38,834 bases of DNA from a virus: IMG/VR virus record IMGVR_UViG_3300045988_143259; one strand, given 5' to 3'. The notes below the pieces were generated by a model. That model searched no databases and was not told the DNA's origin. It worked only from the letters and a program-made list of their open reading frames with translations. This document shows, one piece after another, positions 24,866 to 32,098 of the stretch. The stretch's first letter is position 1; the number at the start of each line of letters is the position of its first letter. The translations under genes were made by a program, and so were the position numbers.

Positions 24866-25220
24866 TGAGCACCTCCCGCATGTCCGCACCACAGTTCGGG
24901 CAAAAATTCAGCCAAACAGATTCGTTCCATTTACCGCAAAATGGGCAATACGGATCATCAACCTCTCTGCGCTCATCCCTTCTTATGGTGTATGTCTCCG
25001 GATATTCTGTTCCCGGATTCGCCTCTCGCCCTGTGTAATGTTCAAAGCCCCCTTTTAGTCTGTGCACCCAATTCCATTGCCCCCGCCGCACCGGGGCCAC
25101 ATCGGCAGCTGGCATGTCCGCAAGCATCCGTTTTGCGTCTATCATTGTGGAAAGCGGCTCTGTGACTTCCATCCTGGTCAGCTTTGCAATCGCTGCGTTT
25201 TTCTCGATGTACTCAGCCAT
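24855..25220 (-). CDS. hypothetical zinc-ribbon protein, paralogue 1 (ADVAPVRRGQW family)
   Basis: AEYIEKNAAIAKL...MPAADVAPVRRGQW...CPFCG...CPNCGADM. Confidence 0.7.
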   Translation of the reverse strand: MAEYIEKNAAIAKLTRMEVTEPLSTMIDAKRMLADMPAADVAPVRRGQWNWVHRLKGGFEHYTGREANPGTEYPETYTIRRDERREVDDPYCPFCGKWNESVWLNFCPNCGADMREVLNDD

Positions 25221-25234
25221 TTCCGTTCCCCCTC

Positions 25235-25519
25235 TTATTCCATCATCTTCGCGCCGCAGTTGGGGCAGTAGGGCATTCCAGATAAGTCAACCCATTCCGA
25301 CTGTTTCCCGTTTATCCGCAACAAGCCCTGCATACATTCGCTGCATGTCGTACCGTTTCCGACCCTTACCCAATGCCCCCGTCGCACCGGGGCCACATCG
25401 GCGGCAGGCTGGTTTGCCACCAGGCTAACCACTCCCACAGTGTCCCACTCGCTGAGAGGGCTTCCTCCCACTTTGCTAATCGCCTTTAGCAACGCTTCTC
25501 GGTCGATGTAGTCAGTCAT
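25235..25519 (-). CDS. hypothetical zinc-ribbon protein, paralogue 2
   Basis: TDYIDREALLKAI...QPAADVAPVRRGHW...CSEC...CPNCGAKM. It shares a roughly 30-nt near-identical stretch with paralogue 1. Confidence 0.7.
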   Translation of the reverse strand: MTDYIDREALLKAISKVGGSPLSEWDTVGVVSLVANQPAADVAPVRRGHWVRVGNGTTCSECMQGLLRINGKQSEWVDLSGMPYCPNCGAKMME

Positions 25520-25679
25520 TGCCTTCCTCACTTTCTTTCGGCATCTTCCAGTCACAGGGGGCAGTGACGTTCAAAACACAGTTCCCGTTACTGGTGGCGA
25601 AATGGCAATTGTCGCAATTGGTTTTCTTGGCGCAGTATCCGCGCAGCCGTTGAAATGCTCGTTCAATACAACTTCTCAC
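25512..25679 (-). CDS. small Cys-rich protein (55 aa, GTG start)
   Basis: GTG 25679 lies 5 nt after GGGAGGGG. The product contains CAKKTNCDNCHFATSNGNCVLNVTAPCDW. Confidence 0.5.
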   Translation of the reverse strand: MRSCIERAFQRLRGYCAKKTNCDNCHFATSNGNCVLNVTAPCDWKMPKESEEGND

Positions 25680-25692
25680 ATTTTCCCCTCCC

Positions 25693-26058
25693 TCACACAA
25701 AAATCTTCGGCGGTTTAGGCATCTCCACCCCCGTAGGACGCCACATGTGCAGGCACAGGGGATGCAGATTAACATAGTCCGTCTTGGCGGGGTGGTACTC
25801 TACCACCGTCTCATCCTCCTGGAAAAACATGCGCTTAATCTCGCACATTTCCTCCCAGGTTGGAGCTGTCGTGCGCTTCCGGTTGGCTGGGGACACGCTA
25901 ACATGTTCCCAGCCGCCGCCGTTAGATGCTACAACATAAAACATCCTTCCACCCACAGGCACCCGGAAAACGCCGTTTCCAGCATCTCCGTTTGTGCCGT
26001 AGTATTGGCATTCAAAATTCCGGTCGCGGTATTTGTCCAGGCTGTGTAAATTTTTCAT
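25693..26058 (-). CDS. conserved phage protein of unknown function (GGWEHVSVS motif)
   Basis: 121 aa with VVASNGGGWEHVSVS...PTWEEMCEIKRMFF...HPLCLHMW. I recall this as a recurrent phage family without an assigned function. Confidence 0.7.
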   Translation of the reverse strand: MKNLHSLDKYRDRNFECQYYGTNGDAGNGVFRVPVGGRMFYVVASNGGGWEHVSVSPANRKRTTAPTWEEMCEIKRMFFQEDETVVEYHPAKTDYVNLHPLCLHMWRPTGVEMPKPPKIFV

Positions 26059-26258
26059 TCCACATCATCCCCAAATTTTTGCTTCAGCTCCCTGACTTCC
26101 CGTTTCAGCGCCTTGATCTCCGTCTTGTACTGAGCCCAAAGCCGGTAAATGAAAGCAGCCGTCTCTCTGTGCATCTCATCGACTTCTCTCGCCGATTTTC
26201 CAAACGACGGTTTCACCAGCTTCCGGCAAATCGTGTGCATTTTCTCTTTCGTTACCAT
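26055..26258 (-). CDS. hypothetical coiled-coil protein (67 aa)
   Basis: ATG 26258 follows GAGGTGGG. ATGGTAA overlap with the upstream gene. Confidence 0.6.
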   Translation of the reverse strand: MVTKEKMHTICRKLVKPSFGKSAREVDEMHRETAAFIYRLWAQYKTEIKALKREVRELKQKFGDDVE

Positions 26259-26467
26259 TCGCTCCCACCTCTCACGCCCGTTTTGGTGTATTTGTTCCCG
26301 TGCCGGTCCACATGCTGGGACGGCGCATCTGCGCACGGCCAATATAGCCGTTCCCACAAGATTTCCTGGGCGATCCGCGCCCGTTTCGTGGCGCAGCCAC
26401 TCGGTCCCTTTTCCATGGCAGCCTGCCGGAGTACATCCTCCGGCAGGCTTTCCATCTCGCGGCGCAT
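26252..26467 (-). CDS. hypothetical protein (71 aa)
   Basis: ATG 26467 shares one base with the dcd stop (TGATG). Confidence 0.55.
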   Translation of the reverse strand: MRREMESLPEDVLRQAAMEKGPSGCATKRARIAQEILWERLYWPCADAPSQHVDRHGNKYTKTGVRGGSEW

Positions 26468-27174
26468 CACCGCTCCCCGACGGGCAGATCCAGCCACCGC
26501 CGCCAGCATTTGCAGCAGTCGCCCTCGCCGTCATCCAGGCACTCATCCTCCGGCACGTCCGGGGGACAGGGACCGCCGCCCAGGAGCGCCGCCAGGGCGT
26601 CCGCGTCCATCTCGCGCAGAGCGTCGGCGTTGGTTTTGGTTGGTTTCTCCCACTGGTCCGCCTCCTGGTACAGGCGGCTTGCCACAACGCCCGTAGACGC
26701 CTGGTATTTTCCGTCGTAGGTCTGCAAGATTTTACCGCATACAGTTTGGAAATACACCTGGCACAGTTCCATCCCAGGATACACACGGACGGGGCGAACA
26801 GGGGTCAGCTCCAGCGTCCACCGCCCCGAAAAGCCGATGTCGCCGAATCCGGCGGTCACATGGACGAACAGGCCCAGCCGCCCAACAGAAGACCGGCCCA
26901 CGATCATGGGCACAAGCCCGTGGGTTTCAGTGTATTCCATCGTCGATGCCAGATACAACTGGCCGGGTTGCAGCACCATGCCCTCCGCCGGAATGTGGAC
27001 GATGTTGGTCCGGTTGTCCTGCCGTGGGTCCAGCACGGCCTCTCGATACACCATCAGGTCCTCGTCCAGTCGCAGGTTGTAGCTGTTAGGGCCAAGGCGG
27101 GCCTCGTCGAAGTCCTGGATTTTGATTTCTCCCACGGAAATCCGCTGTCTAATTTCGTTGGCGCTTAAAATCAT
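26467..27174 (-). CDS. dcd: dCTP deaminase with an approximately 60-aa acidic/Cys-rich C-terminal extension
   Basis: VGRSSVGRLGLFVHVTAGFGDIGFSGRWTLELT...GMELCQVYF is the Dcd/dUTPase-fold signature. The tail is ...CPPDVPEDECLDDGEGDCCKCWRRW. Confidence 0.85.
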   Translation of the reverse strand: MILSANEIRQRISVGEIKIQDFDEARLGPNSYNLRLDEDLMVYREAVLDPRQDNRTNIVHIPAEGMVLQPGQLYLASTMEYTETHGLVPMIVGRSSVGRLGLFVHVTAGFGDIGFSGRWTLELTPVRPVRVYPGMELCQVYFQTVCGKILQTYDGKYQASTGVVASRLYQEADQWEKPTKTNADALREMDADALAALLGGGPCPPDVPEDECLDDGEGDCCKCWRRWLDLPVGER

Positions 27175-27192
27175 GCTTTTTATCCTCCTGTG

Positions 27193-28524
27193 TCAAAATG
27201 GTAAATTTTGTTTTCCAGTCAGGCCCGCAGGCGAGACTTTATCGCCGTGTGTGATGCAACTCGGCGTACATTCTTCCAACTTTTCGCCGTCGATCTCCCG
27301 GAATTCCTGAGTCGGGCCGTCAAACGTGAATGTAATCAGCCCTCCCGCAGGTCCTTTCCTGTTTTTAGCAATGAACATATCTCGCGGCGGCGTTTTCCAG
27401 TCGGATTTGCGCTTATACAACAACATCGCCGCATCAACGTCCTGCTCGATCTGTCCGGATTCTCGCAGGTCAGACAACGTTGGCGGGTCAAAATCCGTCT
27501 TGTTCTGCGACCGCCGAAGCTGGGAGTTAGCAACGACCAAAACTTTTAACTGCCGTGCGATGCTTTTTAGCCCCAGCGATATTTGAGACACTACGTCCGT
27601 TCGATTTCCCTGATTGATCCAGCGCTCCGGTGTCATGATTTGCAGGTAGTCGATGTAGATGATGTCATACCTGTTTTCCATCGTGATATTCCTGACATTT
27701 GTCACGGTCAGGCCGCTGGCATCAATGATATCCAGGTTTCTGCCCGCAAAACTCTGGTTGACGGAAATGATTCTATCGATTTCCTGCTTTTCCAGTTTCT
27801 TCCGTTGGAGCCGAAGGGAATCAACGGAAGCCGATAGCGCTAACAATCGGTCGTAAATTTCCTCTGTCGATGTTTCAAAACTGAAATAACCGACTCGAAA
27901 CTGCTGTGACTGATCCCACGCGATTTGCAGCGTCAACGCTGTTTTGCCAACGCTGGGCCGGGCGGCGACGCAAACATAATTCCCAGGCTTTGCCATGATA
28001 ATGTCAGAAAGCTTCTGGAAATGCCAGTTGAAATAGTCCGGCGGTTGGTCTATCCGCTCTAATGCCTGAAGATAGCCCTCATACGCCGAAACGATCTCCA
28101 CGTTGGTGTTCCTCTGCGTGATCTTATTCAGGCGCTCCATGACCTCCTGGGCCTCTTCCGTCGTTTGGCACTTCGTCAGCGCCAGACCGAGCTGATGGTA
28201 ATCATCCAATGTCGCTTTTTCGATAGCGATCTTAATATACTCGCTGACGTTGGCCGCCGTCGGCGTGACCTCCATCAGTTGCACCAGCGTCTCTCCGTAA
28301 CCCGATCCCATGGCGTTGTTCACGGTCACAGGGTCTACAACATCGCCATTTTGGTACATCGTTTTGATCGTCCGGAAAATTGTCCGATACTCTCCAGAAA
28401 ACTGAGTGTCGGTCATTTTCGTCACGACCTGGCCGACGCATCGGCTGTCGATCAGCATGGATCCCAGGATGGACATCTGCGCATCTAGTGCCTGATCCGG
28501 GGTCAGGGAAGTCTCAAAACTCAT
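27193..28524 (-). CDS. dnaB: replicative DNA helicase DnaB
   Basis: N-terminal DAQMSILGSMLID and Walker A AARPSVGKTALTLQIA. ATG 28524 is in an ATGA overlap with the upstream gene. Confidence 0.9.
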   Translation of the reverse strand: MSFETSLTPDQALDAQMSILGSMLIDSRCVGQVVTKMTDTQFSGEYRTIFRTIKTMYQNGDVVDPVTVNNAMGSGYGETLVQLMEVTPTAANVSEYIKIAIEKATLDDYHQLGLALTKCQTTEEAQEVMERLNKITQRNTNVEIVSAYEGYLQALERIDQPPDYFNWHFQKLSDIIMAKPGNYVCVAARPSVGKTALTLQIAWDQSQQFRVGYFSFETSTEEIYDRLLALSASVDSLRLQRKKLEKQEIDRIISVNQSFAGRNLDIIDASGLTVTNVRNITMENRYDIIYIDYLQIMTPERWINQGNRTDVVSQISLGLKSIARQLKVLVVANSQLRRSQNKTDFDPPTLSDLRESGQIEQDVDAAMLLYKRKSDWKTPPRDMFIAKNRKGPAGGLITFTFDGPTQEFREIDGEKLEECTPSCITHGDKVSPAGLTGKQNLPF

Positions 28525-29315
28525 AGCCGATACGCCCCCTCCGGCTCCGTCTGCCCGGTGCCCTCGGTTTTGCTCGGTGCAGGCTTTTTCACATCCTCCC
28601 ACCGGCGTTGATTCAGCCAGGTGGCAGCGTAAGGGATCCCGATACCGCGCTGCCAATCCTCGCTGTTGAGCTGGCTCATAAACCCCAGCGCCATGGTCCG
28701 CAGAAGGTCCTCATCCGGTCGCAGGTTGTCCCAGGCCCGGATAGCAGCCTGTTTATTTTCGCCCCTGGGATAGCTATCCCAGAATTGTTCAAAGCGGTCC
28801 GGCTTCCAATCGGGGAAATGTTTTTGCTTCCGCCCGCGCCGTCCACCCTTTGGGGGGACTATAGGGGGGGTTATATCTAAGTTATTAATATACTTAGTAT
28901 TTGATTGTGGCGGGTTTTCCGTCAACGGTTTTCCCGTCGACGGGTTTTCCGTCAACGGGTTTTCTGGCAACGGTGCGTTTCCATCCCCTTCTCCCACATC
29001 CTGTGTTTGGGCGTCCACGCCCAGGGGGATTTCCCGGATGACATACGTCATCGGGCCAAAACCGCCGCCCTTATCCCGCGTTTGCTCACGGTGCAGGTAG
29101 CCGCACTCTTCCAATTCTTTCAGGGCCGCCGTCACAGCGTCCTTGCCCTCTTTGCAGATGCGTACCAGGCCGTCCACGGTGTAAACCCAGCTATCCGGCA
29201 GGCCCAAAATTTTGGACAACAGCCCGACAGCTTTTAGGCTCATCCTGGTGTCGCGCAAATGGTAGTTGCTCATGATCGTGTAGTCATGGCATTTTTCCAC
29301 GCGGATAATTGCCAT
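28521..29315 (-). CDS. replisome organiser / DnaD-like replication initiation protein with N-terminal wHTH
   Basis: IMSNYHLRDTRMSLKAVGLLSKILGLPDSWVYTVDGL...LKELEECGYL (wHTH). The C-terminal FEQFWDSYPRGENKQAAIRAW...TWLNQRRWED is typical of phage replication organisers. Confidence 0.8.
   Translation of the reverse strand: MAIIRVEKCHDYTIMSNYHLRDTRMSLKAVGLLSKILGLPDSWVYTVDGLVRICKEGKDAVTAALKELEECGYLHREQTRDKGGGFGPMTYVIREIPLGVDAQTQDVGEGDGNAPLPENPLTENPSTGKPLTENPPQSNTKYINNLDITPPIVPPKGGRRGRKQKHFPDWKPDRFEQFWDSYPRGENKQAAIRAWDNLRPDEDLLRTMALGFMSQLNSEDWQRGIGIPYAATWLNQRRWEDVKKPAPSKTEGTGQTEPEGAYRL
28917..28975. repeat. four tandem 14-15 nt iteron-like repeats inside the organiser gene (candidate ori)
   Basis: ttttccgtcaacgg / ttttcccgtcgacgg / ttttccgtcaacgg / ttttctggcaacgg. 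Each has a CCGTnnACGG mini-palindrome. They encode the PLTENP-type linker. Confidence 0.6.
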
Positions 29316-29400
29316 AAATTCCTCCGTTCGCTTTACATACCGCCAAAAATGCGGTATAATCAAACTGTACTCAATCCATAGCCATATGGATCCTCTGTTC

Positions 29401-29431
29401 AGGCATCACAGGGCGCTATCCTGTGATGCCT
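29401..29431. other. perfect 12-bp stem hairpin between two early genes
   Basis: aggcatcacagg-gcgctat-cctgtgatgcct. There is no U-tract on the coding (minus) strand. Confidence 0.5.
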
Positions 29432-29435
29432 TTCC

Positions 29436-29723
29436 TTATGCCCTGATCTGGCTGTACCGCAGCGCCTTGGCAATGTCGCAAGCGAGCCATTTTTTCCGCC
29501 CGTTGATGTCGACCGGCAGCAAATTCTCCGCTTCCAACCATTTCTTGGCGGCCTTGTCGTCTCTCAGGCCAAGGACCATTTTCACGTCCTGGATATCCAG
29601 GCAAAGGCAGCCAACCAGCGCAACAATGTCATTTTCCAGTGGCTTGCTTTTTACCTGCCGTTTTGGCTCGGCGGCGGGTTGCCCCAGTAAGGACGGATCG
29701 CAGATTTTTGTTATTCTCGGCAT
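29436..29723 (-). CDS. hypothetical protein (95 aa), possible DNA-binding
   Basis: ATG 29723 follows GGAGGAGG. It overlaps the tail of the upstream ORF by 95 nt. Third-position GC slightly favours this frame in the overlap. Confidence 0.55.
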   Translation of the reverse strand: MPRITKICDPSLLGQPAAEPKRQVKSKPLENDIVALVGCLCLDIQDVKMVLGLRDDKAAKKWLEAENLLPVDINGRKKWLACDIAKALRYSQIRA

Positions 29724-30108
29724 TTCGTTTGCCTCCTCTCCTCGGCTCTATCCCCAGTTCCGCCAGCCAATCGTATGGCCGGACATCATGCACATGGTAG
29801 TGCCGTGCGATGTCCTTGATCGGCATCCCGGTCAGGTAGACCTCCATGAAATCCTCCGGGATCGGCTTTTTCGCTCGCTTGTACTTCACGGCTCCATTCT
29901 GCGTATCCGCCCGTCTCCCGGCCTTGACTCGGTGGCAATACTGCCCGCCGGTGCAGTTCGGTTCCTCGCAGGTCAGGCAGGCGTTGATTTCCTCCGGCCC
30001 CTCAGAGTGCCGCATTCTTACGGTACCCTTCAGTGCATCGCTCGGTGCCTCTTTCCATGGTTTGGAGGCCGCCGTTTGTATCATAACGCCGTTTACCCTC
30101 ACGCTCAC
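29629..30108 (-). CDS. zinc-finger + HTH protein (start uncertain: 30108 GTG, 30084 ATG or 30015 ATG)
   Basis: CLTCEEPNCTGGQYC, then EDFMEVYLTGMPIKDIARHYHVHDVRPYDWL (HTH-like) and a basic tail. Confidence 0.5.
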   Translation of the reverse strand: MSVRVNGVMIQTAASKPWKEAPSDALKGTVRMRHSEGPEEINACLTCEEPNCTGGQYCHRVKAGRRADTQNGAVKYKRAKKPIPEDFMEVYLTGMPIKDIARHYHVHDVRPYDWLAELGIEPRRGGKRNAENNKNLRSVLTGATRRRAKTAGKKQATGK

Positions 30109-30238
30109 GTTTTACACCCCACTCTCTCGATCCATACCACGGCGTCCCGGCGCAACGTGGGCAAATGTAGCGCTTGGTGCCCTTTTCCAGCACCGACACG
30201 TTCCACTCCAACCCACATTCCCGGCACAACCTCTTCAC
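30002..30238 (-). CDS. small zinc-ribbon protein (GTG start in a GTGA overlap)
   Basis: CRECG-x16-CPRC. The downstream half is low complexity and overlaps the next ORF. Confidence 0.45.
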   Translation of the reverse strand: MKRLCRECGLEWNVSVLEKGTKRYICPRCAGTPWYGSREWGVKREREGKRRYDTNGGLQTMERGTERCTEGYRKNAAL

Positions 30239-30462
30239 AGCACCCGCAGGGGGATCCCCGCACGGCGCAGAGCCAAGTTAACCTTGCCCTTCCGGGTCTT
30301 GGCCCGCACGGCCTTCTCACGGCTCTTGGTGGCCTTGACTTCGGCCTCCCATCTGGCCTTGGCGTTGGCTTCCAGAGTGGGCTGCATCACTCTCATGATA
30401 CCCTCGATATCTGCCCACTTCCGCGCCTCAGCGCGGGCTTTGATCTCTTGCACAGTGTTCAT
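30235..30462 (-). CDS. hypothetical basic helical protein (75 aa)
   Basis: ORF with a 4-nt overlap to its upstream neighbour (30459..30653). Confidence 0.6.
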   Translation of the reverse strand: MNTVQEIKARAEARKWADIEGIMRVMQPTLEANAKARWEAEVKATKSREKAVRAKTRKGKVNLALRRAGIPLRVL

Positions 30463-30653
30463 CGTAATTTCTCCTTTTCCTCAAGTTTTGCGGCTTCCAC
30501 CCGATAAAACCGGGTCTCCCCGCCGCGGATCGTCCTGGTGATGATCTGCCCCAGCAGGTTCCGCCGGGCGGAACGGTACTCCGTCCGGCGGTGATCCTCC
30601 CAGCAGACGCGCCCGTTATCATCAAAACGGACGTGTCTGATCCGATAAATCAC
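30459..30653 (-). CDS. hypothetical protein (64 aa)
   Basis: ORF with 4-nt overlaps on both sides. Confidence 0.6.
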   Translation of the reverse strand: MIYRIRHVRFDDNGRVCWEDHRRTEYRSARRNLLGQIITRTIRGGETRFYRVEAAKLEEKEKLR

Positions 30654-30991
30654 AGGTCTTCCTCCGTCCAGCCAGTGGCGGTAAAGAGCGCATCCAGAAC
30701 CGCATATACAGCACGTACCATGCGTTTCTGCTCATCCTGCAAGCTAGAATGATCTAAAAGCTCGTCCACGGCAACGCCCTGGGCCTCCGCTTCCTTCTTG
30801 GCACCCCTTGAGGCTTTCAGCTCATCCAGCAGGTAAAATACCTGCTCTCTGGTCAACAAAAGCGTCACAAGCTCGTCGCCCTTGTCCCCGACAAGGCTTT
30901 CCATTTTTGCCTCTCTTCTCCGGGCAGCTTCCTCGAACAGCATTTTTTTCATCCGCTGTACGCTCCCGATGACGTCATTGATGTCTTCCAT
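30650..30991 (-). CDS. hypothetical protein (113 aa), first gene of the long early block
   Basis: ATG 30991 follows GAGAGGAGGAAC. No family recognised. Confidence 0.65.
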   Translation of the reverse strand: MEDINDVIGSVQRMKKMLFEEAARRREAKMESLVGDKGDELVTLLLTREQVFYLLDELKASRGAKKEAEAQGVAVDELLDHSSLQDEQKRMVRAVYAVLDALFTATGWTEEDL

Positions 30992-31006
30992 CCCGGTTCC
31001 TCCTCT

Positions 31007-31054
31007 CGGATAAAAATCTTGGATAAATCTCTGATACCTACCAGCTTATCCAAG
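31007..31054. promoter_or_regulatory. TTGGATAA-type repeats upstream of the early block (candidate operator)
   Basis: cggataa (31007-13), cttggataa (31018-26) and the inverted ttatccaag (31046-54). Confidence 0.35.
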
Positions 31055-31144
31055 CGTGGGGTGCAGCGTTTAACGTCCGCTGCCTAACGACGCTCTTTCC
31101 GCCATCACCAAAATGTGGTACACTGGCCCAAAGGAGGAATTCAC

Positions 31145-31582
31145 ATGGATACAGCAGTTATTTCGTCGATCATCGCCGCCAGTTCTGTAATTCTTTCAGC
31201 CCTGATTTCCTTCGGCGTGGCCAAAATGACCGCGCAGAAGGAAATCGAAAAGCTGAACGAGCAACAGAAGTTGCAGGATAAGGCAGATAGAAAAGATGCC
31301 TTCTCGCTCATGGTAAAAGCCGTAGATTACTACATCCTGCAAGTCCGGCAAGGGACCATGGCGGCAGAAGTGGAAACACCTTCCAAAGCAATTTCGAGGG
31401 CCAGAGTTTTGTTTTCCAGTCCCATCGCAGAAGCGATAGATGCCCTGCAAGCGTCGTTCCAGAATGATGCCGATTTGGATGATCTGAGACGTTGCCTAAA
31501 CAAGGCGGTCGACGAGTACCGTAACCACAAAGACGATAGCCGCCAAGATCGTCGCAAGAGTAAAAATCTCGATCATGAGTAA
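31145..31582 (+). CDS. N-terminally membrane-anchored coiled-coil protein (145 aa), antisense-oriented moron inside the early leftward transcription unit
   Basis: ATG 31145 follows AAAGGAGG. An extended -10 TGgTACACT lies at 31116-31124. TM segment AVISSIIAASSVILSALISFGVA. Third-position GC is lower than in the backbone. Confidence 0.7.
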   Translation: MDTAVISSIIAASSVILSALISFGVAKMTAQKEIEKLNEQQKLQDKADRKDAFSLMVKAVDYYILQVRQGTMAAEVETPSKAISRARVLFSSPIAEAIDALQASFQNDADLDDLRRCLNKAVDEYRNHKDDSRQDRRKSKNLDHE

Positions 31583-31756
31583 ATTGTCGGCTATCCTATC
31601 CAGCTTCCGGCTGTCTTCCAGAGCTTGTTTGTCTGCGCTCCCATACACACCGGTTCGGATCAGCTTTGCCATTGTGTAAACGTCCCAGGACCACGACGGC
31701 ACCCAGTCCGTCGTTCTCAGCCGTTTCAACACGCGCTTCTCACGCCTAGTAAGCAT
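31496..31756 (-). CDS. tail-anchored small membrane protein (86 aa), 3' end overlapping 31145..31582
   Basis: ATG 31756 follows GGGGTGAAA. Third-position GC is about 67 percent in the non-overlapping part (my count, 39 of 58). The C-terminal IFTLATILAAIVFVVTVLV is a TM segment. Confidence 0.55.
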   Translation of the reverse strand: MLTRREKRVLKRLRTTDWVPSWSWDVYTMAKLIRTGVYGSADKQALEDSRKLDRIADNLLMIEIFTLATILAAIVFVVTVLVDRLV

Positions 31757-31821
31757 TTTCACCCCGTCCCCCCTTTCTTCCGCATGTCGCACAAACTCCA
31801 ACCTCCCCCCCGGCCAGCGCC

Positions 31822-31980
31822 TTACGACGCTGGCCCGTTCTTTTCTTGCATACCACGCATGATAGCCATGCCCTGCATCAGCCCTAAAATGCGTTCTTGT
31901 TCCAGAGGGGCTAAACTCTGGAAACTTTTCAGCACCTTCACCATGTCCTGTACGGACTCGTTCAGGGCCTCATCAATCAA
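31822..31980 (-). CDS. unannotated 52-aa helical protein, first ORF downstream of the leftward switch promoter
   Basis: TTG 31980 lies 8 nt after AGGAGG. The product is MIDEALNESVQDMVKVLKSFQSLAPLEQERILGLMQGMAIMRGMQEKNGPAS. It falls below the 60-aa cut-off of the ORF track. Confidence 0.55.
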   Translation of the reverse strand: MIDEALNESVQDMVKVLKSFQSLAPLEQERILGLMQGMAIMRGMQEKNGPAS

Positions 31981-32041
31981 TTCCACCACCTCCTTTCCAT
32001 CCAGTCACCCCCTTTTCTCGTTGTAGTTTTAAGATGCTTAT

Positions 32042-32070
32042 AGTATAATATAAGCGGCTTAAAAAGTCAA
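32042..32070 (-). promoter_or_regulatory. leftward (early/lytic) promoter
   Basis: Minus strand: TTGACT (32070-32065), 17 nt, TATACT (32047-32042). The palindrome TAAGCGGCTTA (32051-32061) lies in the spacer. Confidence 0.65.
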
Positions 32071-32098
32071 GGGTTTTTTTAAGTCTCTTAAAATTTCC

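Noticed and set aside
26055-26786. 243-aa minus-strand ORF spanning three genes
   Set aside because: Only its last 67 codons (26055..26258) have an RBS and a protein-like sequence. The remainder is an Arg/Trp/Pro/Cys-rich out-of-frame read through dcd and the 71-aa gene.
31625-32026. 133-aa plus-strand ORF in the switch region
   Set aside because: It is Pro-rich, has no RBS and is antisense to the RBS-supported 86-aa and 52-aa minus-strand ORFs.
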